NCBI GenBank assembly: GCA_050273025.1
Contig: CP158635.1
Location: 17,918,001-17,982,000 of the forward strand
DNA: 64,000 nt
Direction: 5' to 3'
Source of the DNA: Cenococcum geophilum
Lineage: Eukaryota
Below are positions 1-14,491 of the stretch, piece after piece. The notes beneath the pieces are model-generated. The model was given only the letters and a program-made list of their open reading frames with translations, was not told the origin of the DNA and did no database searches. The position numbers and the translations under genes were made by a program. Each line of letters begins with the position of its first letter. Within the stretch, counting starts at the first letter, position 1.

Positions 1-803
1 GTTTACGTTGACCTAGATATTAGCCCTACCTTATAATATATATTACTGTATAACCGGACCCGCCCAGGACCTAGCATATTATCTTAAACTCGTACCTCCT
101 AAAACTATAGTATATTCTCAGCCGCTAGCAGCTTACTTTAACGCTCTAGAAGCTTTTCCTATTCGTCTTTAAGAACCTTAAACTAAGTAGAGCGTGTTAG
201 ATATAATAAGTTTAGCTTCCTCCTATATAAGCGTCTGCCGATCTTTATTACTAGGAGTTAAGGCTATACTTATATCCTAGATTACCAGAAATCGCTTCTA
301 TTAAGTTTTAGAATATTTGGTAACAGCCTATATATTACTAGCTTTGGACCTAGCGGTAAGACTTATTATGTGTGGTGGTGTTAAAATTATAGGTAGCTTT
401 GTATCGCCCTCTTTATTATAAGCCTATAATAACTACCCTGCTTTATTATAAGACACCTATTTTAGAAAGCAGTTAATTGGGTTCCCCTTACTGCGTTGCA
501 GATGTAAGAGGAGCTGGGACTATTAGGCGTAATAGCTAAGTTTTGGTTCGCATAGAAGGAACTGACTATGGTACTAGCTACGCCCGATAGGGCGCGAGGA
601 TGCACGCTGTTACTTTAGTCACATTTCCCCATTATTGCCTTAAGGCCTTTACCATATAGACCGGTCATTAAGAAAGGAGAATTTATTTAATAGATTGCGA
701 AACCTCCCTAATGTTCCGTATAAGCTAGAAAACAGAACCTACTTATAAAGTAAAAGATTACCTTTGGTAGACTCTTTTATAAAGCTCCCTATACTCCTAG
801 CTA

Positions 804-1567
804 TTTATAATAATCGCTGTAAAGCCTAATACTAAGACTATATAACAGTATTATATATTAGTAAACTAATAGCTAAAATCGGAAGGGCTTTGTATATCTA
901 AGTTGCGATTATAATATAACTAGTTTGCTTAACGGTTCAGAATATAAAGGAAACCGTTAATGTAAACTATATACTAATTAACTAAATAGAGAATGCGGAT
1001 GTAGGGTAATCCTATATATACACTAATCGCGTAAGCTAAAGAAGAATAGCATTTAAACAAAAAATATAAAGGCGCTAGACTGGCTTATCTCTGGGATATT
1101 CGCGTATTGCTACTAAGGTGCAAATAAGTGCGGTGGAAAAGTAACTAAAGAGCCCTATTTTAATAATAGAGGGGTTTAGATTCCTAGAAAGCTAAGCTAT
1201 TACAGTAAAAAGGGTAAGGTAAATAAATCTGTCGACGGGAGCCATAATCTTAAATATCTAAAAGGAAAAGAATAAAGGTAAAAGAGGGAGAGGGCTAGAT
1301 TATAAGGACATTGTTTATTAGAAATAAGGCGAGCTATATAACGCTATATTAGTTAAGCGGCTTTCTAGGTAAGTTAGCGCCTAATATAAAAGACGGCACC
1401 TAGGGCGTTTAGGGGCCAGTTACCTCCTAGTACTAAATTAGAGGCTAATTACACCTAATGGCGCAATGGGTTTCGGGTAATGCTATAAAGGAAAGGAGGA
1501 GAGTGTAAACCTTTTGTTTTTTAATAGAGCTAGTAACTTGTAAGCTTTCTATAATAACTATACTAAG
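804..1567 (+). repeat. Diverged inverted duplicate, copy A (pairs with 26166-26856)
   Basis: Reverse-complement match, e.g. AGAGCCCTATTTTAATAATAGAGGGGTTTAGATTCCTA against 26548-26585; copy A has an extra ~75 bp near 1065-1140. Confidence 0.9.
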
Positions 1568-4500
1568 CTTTGTCCTCTAGCTGTATATAGGTAAAATAGT
1601 GGCTTATTAACTTTCCCTCCTTAGGCATTATATGTTGTTATCGCTTGTTATTATCGCTCTAACCTTCCCGCTAGGATCATTCCGTACCAAATATTATTAA
1701 GTACTGGAGGCTATAAAAACTAAAAGGTAAATAGGCAAACTAAGAGATAGGAGCGTCTTTATACTAGGCCACAGTGGTATCCCCAACTAGTAGATTTATA
1801 CGCTAAGCCGATACTAGGTTAATAGTAGGGTAATAAGAGGTCACTATAAGACTTATATATAGGCTGTCTGCGAAAAACTTAAACTAGTAAGTTAATAATA
1901 CGCTGTATATCTTTACTAAATATCTTATTATCTAAATCACCAGGGCAGCAATGGCTCGGCTTCTTTAGCTTCCTTTACTTCCTTTACCTCTTTTTCTTGT
2001 TAGGTCCTAACCCGCCCCACTATTAATAATATTATACTCCCCTTCTATCTTACCCTCTTTATATAGACCTCCTATTACTTCTTATATTCGTCCGGCCCGA
2101 AATCCTTCTTTTAATTAAGATTGATTTAACGAGTAATAGACTCCTAGTCAGCCTGAAACTCAACTAGCCCTTAAGGCTGTTTGTCGCATATATTTCTCTT
2201 AAGGTTACGTATTTCTTAGTAGTATATACACCTCCTCTAATAATACGCTAGAGAAAGGAGATGTATGTCCTCCTCTGTCTAATGAGGAGGACGAGTAAAG
2301 AACTATTAAGTAGAGAACTAAGAGGATCTATAAATTAGTGAGCTTAGTTGTAGAAGGAAGGTGTAAAATTTTACCCTTTATCTGTCTAAGGGGGTACTTT
2401 TATAGCGCTTCTTTACTTCAAAATATAGAAGGGGCTAATATGGTTGCTGCTGTGTGGAGTATAAGTTAAGTATAAAAGGAGAATTTAAGGGCCTTAGTAG
2501 CCCTATATATTATAATAGGGGTTAGACTAGGCTAGGTCCTAGTCCCTATTATATAAAGTAGTGCATAAAAAGGCAAGGGGCTAGCCTTAATTCGAGCATC
2601 TATGTATATGGGCTATCGTAGTGTGTCTGGTAACAAAGACCAGTAAATACGTATCTTGGAGGTTGAGTTGGCGTAGGTATTAACTTAGGAGCTGTTAAAT
2701 ATTATAAAGGGGGAGAAGGGACTACGAATGCACTTATAAGGTACTGCGGTAATAATAATATATATCAGCCTTCCTACCTTAGGCGTTATATATTGTTATC
2801 GCTCGATCTATAGGAACGCTTAGTTAATAATGTGATCTTTTAGATTTTAGGTATAATTATAAGAACTTTACCACTTACGCTCCGCTATTTTGCAGGAATA
2901 CTAATATAGCGGCAATTATACCATCACTTTATAGAGAAAAAACTTTAAGAGAGCTTCGCTTGTATTAAATAGGCGTGCAATAATAAATAAGTAAATTGCG
3001 TAATAATATATGAAATATATTTAAGACTAGGCATTATATACCGCTATATAGTATTGTTTATTAAAAACGGTACCAGTCTTAATGCTATAAGTAACTGTAC
3101 CCCTATTTATCCAATTCTATACGTTGTATTAGCGTTAAACTCCTATCCCTTAGTATACTAATCATTTCTAAAAAAAATTCAATATATAGAGGTCGGAGAA
3201 GGCCAGAAGATGTTCTAGAATATCCTTAATGCTTTTAGGGTGTTTAGAAAGTGTTATTAAGAGATAACTATATAAGACTAGTGCTATTCCCTAAAAAGTA
3301 TAAATATAAGGTATTTATAATTAGATAAGATACTACTTACCTAAAAGCTTATTAAATAAGTGTTTAGTGTATTAGCACCCTGCTCCCTAAGGTATAAGTT
3401 AAGTAGCAATCTTAATTTAATAGGAGGGTCTATAAGTAATTTAGCGAATATTATTTCCTTTATATAACCTAGAAGTAATGTTATATATAACTCCTAGAAA
3501 TTAGGGTTATTAAACACTTTAAAGAGGTTTCCTAGCTTGTGGTTTAGCAGGTAATTAAAAACGCCCGTTTTTAAGTCCTCTAGAAGCTCGCCATACACTC
3601 GTTAATATGCTAAGTGAGATATGTTTAAGTAACGTACTAAAGGGCCGATCGCGATCCCTGCTAGCGTATAATGACTTATTAGATTATAGGATTAAATAGA
3701 GCTACCGTATAACGACTACACCGAAAAAGAGGAGCTTTTAAAAAGAGGGTAAGATCTAATCACCGTCAAGCTGGTTAATATCCAGGCATTACTGTACCAC
3801 TAGCAGGAACTTTAGGACTGCGGCAATAGAATAATGCCGTATTATATTTAACGGCTTGCGTCCTACTAGCTTAATAGCATTCCTATACTATAGTAAAACT
3901 AACGTCTTAAGCCTCCATACCTGTTGAAGTCCCTTATTAGCTGCTTAAGTCCTCCATTATAGTTAATTAGGATAGCCTAGCTTCCGCTATTAAAAAAGGG
4001 AGAATCTTCTTCTATGCTCTATATTAATCTTTTTGGTATCCGATTTGCTTAAGTAATTCTATCTAACTAACGATATTGTCTATTCCGTCCGTTCTTAGTA
4101 ATTCTGTCCAATTATTCATTAACTCCAACTTCTATAACTCCTAATAACCATCTAACTATAGCCCGTTCTAGGTACACTGTATAAATACTAAAGAATTATA
4201 TAGCTTTAAGAGATCGGGGCAAAATGCTAATATTTTCTCAGTTTATAAAACAGTTAGAGTGCAGAACACACCTATATAGTAGCTCCTGACCTTAATAAAT
4301 ATAGGTTTAGCGAATGTTATAAGAAAAATCTCTTTACGTTTATTTTCAAATTTCCACTTCTAGTCGTGATCTATACCTTTTTTTAAAGCCATTTAATACG
4401 CTACCTTATATAGAAAACTGAGATATAAAAGAGAGAGTAAAAGACTAAGGGAATTTTGGACTAATGAGAATGGGTTGCCCCGCTAAGATATAAAATGTAA

Positions 4501-4699
4501 TAAACAACTAATCTGAAGTTAGATTAGTTAAAACAAATTAAGCTAAATAGCAATAATTAAATTAGTGGATAATACTGCTCTTAAACAACCTAATGATGAC
4601 CTTAGTAGCTAATACTACTAGTAGTGCGGCACATTTCTGTTCCCCGTTAAGCTTAAACCTTAGGTAAGTTTTTTTACGTAAGTTATATAAATAGTATAA

Positions 4700-5645
4700 C
4701 GGTGGCCTTTTACGGTTTATTTGCGAAAGTTTATATATAGAGGGCGGCTAGAGAATATAGTATGGACTATTGCTGTAATAGGGTCGCTATAGGTAATAGG
4801 TAAGGTTAATGCCGCTTTAGGAGTGACGAGGACTGGTAAATGCCTGTCTTAAAAAGCGATGAGATTGAATTAAGGGCGAGAATACTATGGATAAGGTCCC
4901 TAGGGAGGTTATATATCGCCTCGCTCTCCAGCTATACTTTAGGCGCTATTAGTATTGCGATATTATATTTTAGGGAAGAATAAGATTTATTCCTTAATAG
5001 GAATAAAGATAGGGTGGGGAAATATCTTGCTAATCTAAATACTTAGTCCTTAAGATTTGAGGCTAGCCACTATTTAGAGCTTTAGGTCTCCTAAGTATAT
5101 AAAAGGGTATAAATAAGCACTTAAAGCCGCAACCGCCGCCGCAGCTTTAGGCCCGCTGATATACCCGGCTATTAAGATTCTAAGACCCACCCCTATACTA
5201 GTTAAAGCCGCATTATAAAGCACTTTTGTGAAATCTTAATTAAGCTTTATTATACGCTCCCCTAAATTACCTAGGGCTAATTCTCTATCTTATATATATA
5301 GAATATAATTAGATTAGCTCTTACACCGGACCGGGCGTCTATTATGCTTAAATTGTGCTAAGATCTTAGTACTATAGTTACTAGTCCCGCGGAGGTAGTC
5401 TAAATATTAAGTTGTACTATTTCTGTGCTTAGAGGATTAGCTAAAATAAACACCAATTATCTTAACAACCTATGACTTTGTTAATTTCGCTTAGTAATTA
5501 TAAGGATAATAGACTTACTTTAACTTTTCCTAGCTCTGGCTCTAAAAACTTATTAAATTCGTGTGAAGAAGCCTTATCTGCCTTAGAAATGTTCTCTCCG
5601 TCTTTAGGGACCTAACGACCCAGGAACACTATATTGGTTATTTGT
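4700..5645 (-). pseudogene. Unknown intron-containing gene remnant
   Basis: Minus frame VFLGR*VPKDGENISKADKASSHEFNKFLEPELGKVK followed by a GTAAGT..CATAG intron (~5470-5518); second GTAAG donor ~5325. No recognisable domain. Confidence 0.35.
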
Positions 5646-5783
5646 TCTATAATATACTCTAATAGAGATAAAATATATACGTTTAAGCGTACTTTAAGTA
5701 TAAGTACTAAATAAAGAAGTTAGTAGCATATAATAAGTAATAAAGGGGTATAATATACCTCTAGAGACTGTGTATTAGTATAG

Positions 5784-5998
5784 TGTAAGGGATATTATTG
5801 TAGACACCTTAGGTTGCCTTTAGGATAACCCCCAGACGCCCCTTAGATAGTCGCCGGTCACGTGCTAAAGGCACGTGCCCGTAGTATATAGTCTCCATAA
5901 TCCTAGAGGCCTTACCTCCTTAAGGATTCATCTCTCTTACTAATCTATCCTGTTCCAATCGTGTCCTTATAGCCCCCTATCTATAAGATCCCCTTATA
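5784..5998 (+). repeat. 5' LTR of Gypsy element 1
   Basis: Starts TGTAAGGGA, ends CCCTTATA (RIPed ...TACA); colinear with 14492-14706, differing by transitions. Confidence 0.95.
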
Positions 5999-6139
5999 TT
6001 TAAATCCTTCCTACTTTTTTTTGGAAGGGTAGTCGGCTTTAAGGACTAGATTATTTGTTTATATCTTTTATTTATAGCCGCTATCCTCCCTTAAAATCTC
6101 GCGATAACTTAAACGGAAACTCCACGGATACCTTATGGA

Positions 6140-9100
6140 AAGCCGTCGCGTAAAGGTAGGAAGGTCCCTCCGATAGCGAGAGATTACAATAATATAACCC
6201 TCTAGGTAAGACGGCCAAACGAGCCCTAATACTTAGATGCTCTAAGAGCTTAAAGACTCTCGCATACCTACGGTTACTAGCAACGCTAAGGAAAATATAG
6301 ATACCCTCTATAACGGTTATAACACTGCTAAAAAGTAGCTAGAACCCCTTTAGCCCTACCTAGGCTAATCGGAAGATTAAGCGCTAAAGGTAACTTTAAG
6401 ATCTTCCCCTAAGCTAGAAATGCTAGAGGAATATACTAACGCGTTTAACTAGGAAACCAACCGGAACCCTCCTAGAAGACCACCAGCCTATAATTAGCAT
6501 AGTAGTAGTATATAGACTACTTACAAGCTAAGCGGGCCTACCCCTTTAGGTAATCTAAGCTAATTACTAACTTAAGACCTAAGCCTCGTTGGGAAGCCTA
6601 TACTAGCTACTAGTACTAACACTACCTCTATAGCAGGAGCCTCCCTAGGCCTAAGTTTGGAAGGTTAAGAGCCCTATACCAATCTCCTTTAAGATAGATA
6701 TTAAGAAGCTATTATAAGGCTCTTAGAAGCTATATAGGAGGAAGCTACTAATAAATATATTAGAACCCGCTAAGGGCAAATCTATATTTAGTAGGGTTTA
6801 ATCTAAGCTAGGTAAATTCTTTTATAACTTAGTTAAGGCTAAGGGCTTTTTAGGGGCTACCTAGTACCTACCTAAGGAGGTATAGAAGACTTAGAGAGGC
6901 ACCTACGTAATAAACGGAAAAAGGATATAAACTAACTGGCTAAGGCCTCTAATAGTTTAGAACTTCGTTATAGACCCAACGCTTAATAGCTAGACAATTA
7001 GGTTCGCGAGGTAAATAACTTCTTTAAAATGCTAATAATATAAGATAATACCAAAGAGTATATACGCTAGATTATTAGTAAGATTAAAGACCAATTACTA
7101 AACTAGATTACGCTTAATTAACTTAATAAAGAGTAAATTATAACATGGCTATAGCTATAGACCTTCCTAAAGGGTTAGACCTAAGATCCGTATATTATAT
7201 AATACGATAATGCAGAATAATTCTAGAATAGTACGCAGCTGGACCGTTAAGACTTCCGCTAGTTTATAAACTTTATAGAAACTTATGCTTAATAGATAGA
7301 TCTAAAGCTCTTTAAAAATAAGGACGGCAGCGTTTATAAGAAGGAAAAGATCGGATTTATCTAGGCTAGAATTAAGCTAGCAATTTATAACGAAATAAAG
7401 CGCGTAGGAGCCCTACCGCGGATTACCATATATACGGATTTTAAACGAGCAGTTCTAAATGCTAAAGATATGGTAAGGAACTAGACCTCTTCTAGTAGGA
7501 AGCTAGGGGGTTACTAGAAGCGCGGGCACTTTAATAGTAATATAGGGCAGACCTAACCTTTAAAGAAGCCGTTCTTAAAGAGAACTTTAAAAGGGTTAAA
7601 GTTAGGAACCTTAAATAATAGGAAAGACTTCTGGGGCCAACCTGATACCCATCTAGCACCTTTATAGAAACACTTTAAGAAGTTAAAAGAAAACTCCGGA
7701 GGTAGATTCTATTAGAAAAATAAGCAGGGTAATAACCGTACTAATAATCCAAAAAAAGAAAAGCCTTAGTCGCGGACCTCTTCTAGCTGCAACTAGGGCA
7801 AGATATAGAAGGAGAGACTCTTCGTATTACTGTTAAGCTAGAAATAATACTCCCTATAGGTGAGGTATAATAGTTCTAAGTACTATATAATAGCGGCGCC
7901 GAAATTAATCTTATATAATATAATTTGGTAAAAGAGTATAAACTTATCCTATTATAAAGGTGGCGGAAACCTATTATAGGCTTCCTAGATAAGCATTAGA
8001 TTAAACTATATAGTGCCTATAAGCTTATAGTGTTAGTAGCTAACATATATAACCGCACTAAGGTAGTCGGCCTGTAACCCTTCTAGGTGACTAACTTTAT
8101 AGGTTATAACTTTATCCTTAGATACCCTTAGCTTGTAGAAGTAGATCTTAAGATATACTTTAAGACTAGAGCCTTTAAATAGTGGAACGATAAAAATTTA
8201 GAAGGGCGTATATTACTAATAAGCCTAAAGGACATCCTAGAGAATATAGCCCTAGGTAAAATAGTGTACGCCCTATACCTAAAGGAGTATCAAATCCAAC
8301 CCCTATTTAATAGCAAGATGGGTATAAAGCCTAGTATAGGTAATAACCCCTTTATAATAGAGACCCTATAGGGATCTATTAGATAGGTTATAGAGACATT
8401 ATAGGGAGGCGGCGATCTTAAGGATCTTATAAGATACTTTAACCGTTATAGGTTACTCTGGCTTAAGTAATATGCGGAGAGTATGCTATAGCATCTTAAG
8501 CGCTGCGTTAAGGATTTCCTTATTCTTTATTAGCTACCGTATAAAACGGTATAACGTACGGTGGCAACTATATATAAGCAACTACTACAGCGTATAACGC
8601 TGCCCGCGAGCATCTTAAGGGAGCTCCGGGACCTACCTAATAATAACGCGGAGGATAAACGCGACCCTAATTTATTAAATATTCTAGTAGGCCTAAGGGA
8701 CTTACTAAGGGTATTTTTGGGTAGGAGAGCTAAAGTCCTACTAAGAACTTGGAGTATAATTATATAATTAATTTGGAAGAAGGTAAATAACTACCAAACC
8801 TTTCTATTTATAACCTCTTGCGTAAAGAGCTTAAGATCCTATGGGAGTACCTTAATAGCTTACTAGAAAAGGGATGGATCTGGCCTAGTAAGTCGCCGTT
8901 AGGCGCGCTAATCCTCTTCGTCCTAAAACTAGATAGAACTATAAGGTTATATATAGACTATTGCGGTTTTAATAAAATTATAATTAAGAACCGTTACCTA
9001 CTACTACTGGTTAGTGAAATGCTAGATCGACTATTTAGGGCGAAGATCTTTATAAAGTTAGATCTACAAGACGCCTATTATAGGCTCTGTATTAAAGAAG

Positions 9101-12100
9101 GGGATAAGTGAAAGACTGCTTTTAAGACTTAATACGGCCACTTTAAGTATCTAGTAATGCCTTTCGGACTAGCTAATACGCTTATAATATTCTAATCGTA
9201 TATTTATAGAGCCTTAGGGGGACTAGTTAACCGCATATATGTCGTCTATTTAGATGATATTTTAATCTACTTAGAAGATGAGGATTAATATAAGTAATAT
9301 GTCCGCGAAGTACTGGAACGTTTGGATAATTGGGACCTCTACGCTAAGGCATTAAAGTATGTCTTTAATACTAAGTAGGTTAAGTTCCTGGGTTATATTA
9401 TAACGCCTATAGGTGTAGTTATGGACCTAGTATAGGTGTAGATAATCTAGGAGTAGCCGGAGCTAGAGAGCTATTGGGATGTTTAAGTGTTCTTAGGCTT
9501 TGCTAATTTTTATAGGCGCTTTATCTATAACTACTCGGACATTGCCTAATACCTATCTGACTATATTATAGAAGCTTCTTAAGACCTAACCTAAGGAGCA
9601 AAAAGCTTAAAGGCGGCAAGGAAGAAAACTAAGAAGGGACTAACTAAATAGTATAAGCTATAGTTATAGCCCGGAAAGGTTTAGGAGGCCTTCTAGGAAC
9701 TATATATAAAGTTTATAGAAGCTCTATTACTGCGGCATTTTAACCTAGATTAGCTATTAATAATGGTCACTAATATATTAAATTTTGCCTTTACTAGTAT
9801 CCTACTGTAACCTAATAGGCATCTAGACGCTACCTAGCTCTATTAGAGACTAGTAGCATTTTATAGCAGAAAATTCTAGGGACCTAAAGTTAGGTATTAT
9901 ACCTATAATAAGGAACTACTAGCCATAGTTAACTACTTTAAATAGTGGTAACACTACCTTAAGTATACGAGCTATACTACTTATATACTCTTAGATTACT
10001 ATAATCTACGCTACTTTATAATTATAAAGGAGCTTATACCTTAATAAGCTAGATAGGTAGAGGAGCTCACGCGATTTAATTTTAAGATTAAATATAAGCT
10101 AGGGGAAAATAACCCTGTTAATAGACCGTTATAACGGCTAGACTATACTAAAGGCTTTAAAACGGGAGAAGGAAAACAGATAATAGATATTTTACTCCCT
10201 ATATTATAGAATAAGCTCCGGGTATAGGATGCTTAAGTACCTATAGCTCTATGTATTAAGTCTTAGGCGGTATAAGCCCTATTGGTTTTTACTAATATTC
10301 TAGTTAGTACCCGGTCCGTTACTAATAAGGGTCTAAAAATACCTAGATAAAACGTCCCTAATACATTCTTAGAACCTAGTAATATACTATCTCTAATTGC
10401 TAAGCTATCCCCTTAAATAAATAGTGAAGCTATAGAGCAATTGGGACTTAGAGCCCTGTAATAACTAAAGGACTTTAACCTTGTAGCGGCCTTCCTAATA
10501 TACGCGCATTAAAGAGTTATAAGATCTATAGTACTATTTAGTCTTATACTTAGAGCAGTACAGGATAAAATAGCTTTTACTTAGGAACTATCTAAAAGGT
10601 TAACAGATCTCATCTGTGAGGTGCAATAGAGGGACGCTTTTTATGCCATCCTTAATATGGAAGTAGACTAGAAACGTAATAGAAAAGAAGCTGCTAGGCG
10701 CCACCATTAGGAACTAAACCCGATGGGCCTACTATATAAAGGTGGTAAGGTTTGGGTGCTATAAGAAGTAAATCTATAATAAAAGATTCTTATAAAGAAT
10801 TATAATAATCCTTTAGGCGGCCACTATAGTTAAGCAAAGATAGTAAAATTACTTTAGCGTAAATACTATTGGCTAAGGCTTAATTAGGAAGTAAAGGAGT
10901 ATATTAGCTATTATAAGAAGTGTTAAGTATATAAGATCCGTAGGCATAAGCTATAGGGTCTACTTAAATTAGTTCCCCCTGCTAGTAAGCTATAGTGATA
11001 TTACGCCATAGACTTTATTACGGATCTCCCGCTATTTAAAGATGGCTAAGGACGAATATATAATTTGGTCCTTATATTTATTAATAGGTTTTTAAAGTAC
11101 GTCTAATACCTTCCCGTTAATAAGATAATTAACGTATAAGAGCTCGCTAACCTAATTAAGGAGAAATGCTTTCTTAAAGTAGATTAGCTATACTCTATTA
11201 TTACTAATAGGGGCAGTATCTTTATAAGCTAATACTAGTTGGACCTATGCTTCTATTTAAAGATAGACTACTAATATAGTACGGCTTTCTACCCATAGAT
11301 AGATAGGTAAACAGAACACCAGAACTAGGAACTAGAGTCTTACTTATAGATGTATTTAAACTACTAGTAAGACAACTAGTGCGAGCTACTTCCGTACGTG
11401 GAGTACGCTTATAATTTAAAGCAATATATATCGCATAAGTATACACTAATCTAGATTGCTTATGGCGTCTGACTATTTAGGTTTAACAGTATACCCGATA
11501 ATTACTAGCTAAGGCTATATAATTAGTTACGAGATCTTACCAGGAAGTCTAAGGACATCTACTAAAGAGTATAAGGATACCTCTAGGAATGGGAGGAGTA
11601 ATAGAAGTATGTGAAGTAGAGCTTATAAGATACCTAAGAGCAGTATAGACTTTAGTATAACTGTAAGCACCAGGATAAGCATTTTGGAGTAGGCGATGAG
11701 GTTCTATTACGTTTAACGAATATTAAGACCTGTTAACCATTAAAGAAGCTTAATGTAAGATACCTAGGTCCCTTCTAAGTTAAGGAATGAATTAGTAAGC
11801 TAGCCTATTGTCTCTAGCTACCCTTATCTATAGCCTATATATATTTAGTGTTTTACGTAAACCTACTAAAGCTATGGCATAGACTACTACTAGAAAAGAA
11901 ATTCCGTCTAGGCCTAATTAAATACCCTAAGGTGGTGGGCGAGCGGTATGAGGTTAAAGCTATACTACGCTATAAATCTATTAAGAACAAGCTTTAATTT
12001 AAAGTTAAATGGCTAGGCTGGCCCGCTAAGGACTCTATATAGGAACTAGAGGATTACTTTAATTATTGCGAAGATATTCTAAAAGAATATTGGGACTAAG

Positions 12101-12186
12101 GTCTATAATCTATAAGTCGCAGAAAGCGCTCTAATACTATGGTATTATCGCGACCTATAAAGAAAGCTCGCAAAAAGAGTAAATAG
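6140..12186 (+). pseudogene. gag-pol of Gypsy element 1 (protease, RT, RNase H, integrase, chromodomain)
   Basis: LYNSGAEIN (DSGA protease) ~7885; ORF 8818-9111 is RT (KNRYLLLL..KLDLQDAYYRL); YLDD at 9247-9258; RNase H TYNKELLAIV ~9900; integrase HHCC and DFITDLP ~10800-11030; chromodomain YEVKAIL..KVKWLGW 11941-12095. Ends approximate. Confidence 0.92.
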
Positions 12187-12319
12187 GTTAAATTGGATAT
12201 AGAACGGACAGGCTCCGGAAACTATAGGGATAGGGCTATAGCCTAAGGCAGGACGGGTCCTTAGCCTTTTCACGTACATAGTATAGAGTTAATAGGGCAT
12301 TTTGCTAGAATTGCATTCC

Positions 12320-13330
12320 TATTTATTAATCTATACTAGGAACATTATTCCTAGGGCTTTTAAGCCCTTTCCGAAAGCCTTATAAGGCCTTCCTAAGCAC
12401 CTAATTAAGGTCCTTAATTACTACTATGTATAAGAACAAATCCTAAAAGTTTAAACTACAAATGCCTAATCTGAAAAGCTACTATGCCTCATTATTATTA
12501 GGAGTAGGATTAGTGTCTATTGGGCCACTAAGTGATGGCTAATAAGAATGGGATTTAGATGCCTTAGTAGGTGTATAAGTAGGCATAAAAATAGGGGCAG
12601 GATGATAAGGTGTAGCTAGAGCAGAGACTCTTAAACGCTTAATACCAATATTAGGTCTAAACTAATACTAACGAAGCTCTTAGGGAGTAAGCTTATAGTT
12701 AATAAAGATACGCTTAAGCCTAAAATAAATAGAGACGTTAGCTGGCTAGTATAGTCCAGAACCACTAAGACCTTACTACGGTAACTATTAGTTACCTATC
12801 TACTAGGTACCCGAAGGGTAACCTACCTAATACCGCATTATATTATACTCTTTTAAAACTTAACGCGTATGCGTAAACTCCTTTTTATAGTAGACAGCAA
12901 CCTTCTTCTTATTACCCCCATTATGCACCCTATCCTTAGTATACTAACCTTACTCTTATATTAGGCGTTGCTGGCTAGCTTGCTAAGAATTATAGGTAGT
13001 ATAGATGGCCGTGGCATAGTCTTAAATTCGGCTAAGTCGTTTAGTATTTACGCTGGAATAAGAGAGAGCCCGGGCGATATAGTAGTTAAGGACATTAAAG
13101 AAACGTTGCTACTTAGGCCTAGGCTATTAAAGCTTAAAGTTAGCAATAGAAATCTATTAAGGATAGAAAAACTTACCTTAACGCAACTGCCGCTCTTAGT
13201 ATGTATGTATCGATTATAAGGACTAAAGGTATTGGATCTAACGCAGTGCGTCTTATTATAAGCCTTTAGAATCCTATTATTAGATTTCTGGTCTTTTAAA
13301 GACGTATAGGTAAAATTATTTAGGTAGGAC
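12320..13330 (-). pseudogene. Spliced antisense accessory gene inside Gypsy element 1 (Cys-rich N-terminus)
   Basis: Minus frame reads HCVRSNTFSPYNRYIHTKSGSCVK, then GTAAGT donor (13171-13176) and GCTAAC branch site (13139-13144), then a long frame interrupted only by TAA/TAG. Confidence 0.55.
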
Positions 13331-14491
13331 TAGTATTAGTTACGGGTTAGCGGGGGTTAGGGTTTTATATATAAAGGTAGGGCTAGGATACGCTGTGGAA
13401 TTTGCTTAAAAGAATAGTTAGCAGGAGAATAAAGAGGTATATTAAATTAATAATAAAAAAAAAGAAAATCTTAATAATATATTAAAGATACGTCTAAATT
13501 GGACGAAGGTTAATAATGGGAAGTAAGGTGTTAAGGAAAAGGATTAAGCTCAATAAGTAAAGTGTTTTTATATTTTACTGTCTATTACCCTTCCGGTAAA
13601 TAGCCGTAACCTTACTAATATAACTCTATTATAATAGCGTTATTTAAAAGAAAGGAAACACGTGTATAAGTTATTTAACTATTACTTCCTTATAAAAACT
13701 AACTACGCGGCCGGGGGAAGGCAATTAAGACGTTAAATTAAAGACGTATATAGGTTAAATTAGACCTAAAACAATACTATAGTATTAAAGAATAACGTCA
13801 TAGACGTTCTTAACAATCGCATAATAGCTATAATTACTATCGTGAAATGTCCCTATTTACTAGGCAGTAGAGCTACGCCAAATATACAGCACAGGACTAT
13901 TAGATTTAAAAGTATATATACTAAATCTTAAGAGATAAGTCTCTTTAACTAACTAATTAATACCTTAACCGCATCTAATAGCCTAAGGGTAAATACGGGA
14001 GCAATGTGTTAATAACGTAGAGGATTATAAGAAAAGGATTATAAGAAAGAATTATAGACTATATCTTAGCAGTTAAAGACGACGGCAAGCTAAGGCTTTA
14101 TATATTAAATCCTATACTAAAAGATTCTACGGAACTATACTGGAACACTAAATTATTTATAATACTTGTAATTAATTATAGACTAGTATAAAGGCTTAGA
14201 AGCAGAGTTGCATAAAAATCCCTATGTTAGCTTAGGTAGTCACCGGCATGCTTTTAGTAGGCTTCTAATAGGTCTCCTAGCAATCCTCGCGTCTTTTCCC
14301 TAGTTATATTTTTTCCTTATTAAGGTTTTTTAGGAGTTTAAAGCAGGGGTTAGATAGATAGATAATATATAGCGGTATACTAATACCTCTTTAATATCTC
14401 TCTAAACCTCTTCCGGGACAAGCCCTTATAATCTCCCTACCGTAAGGTAATAGCGATTGGGGGCTAACTGTAAGAAGGGGGGGGGGGGTAA

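Noticed and set aside
1..800. Distal Starship terminus
   Set aside because: No transition to un-RIPed host DNA is visible, and the captain-side end needed for a direct-repeat comparison lies outside the window.
13343..13365. Telomeric TTAGGG relic
   Set aside because: Only one or two imperfect units, inside a retroelement.
14472..14488. Poly-G tract as a novel element
   Set aside because: It is the polypurine tract adjoining the 3' LTR.
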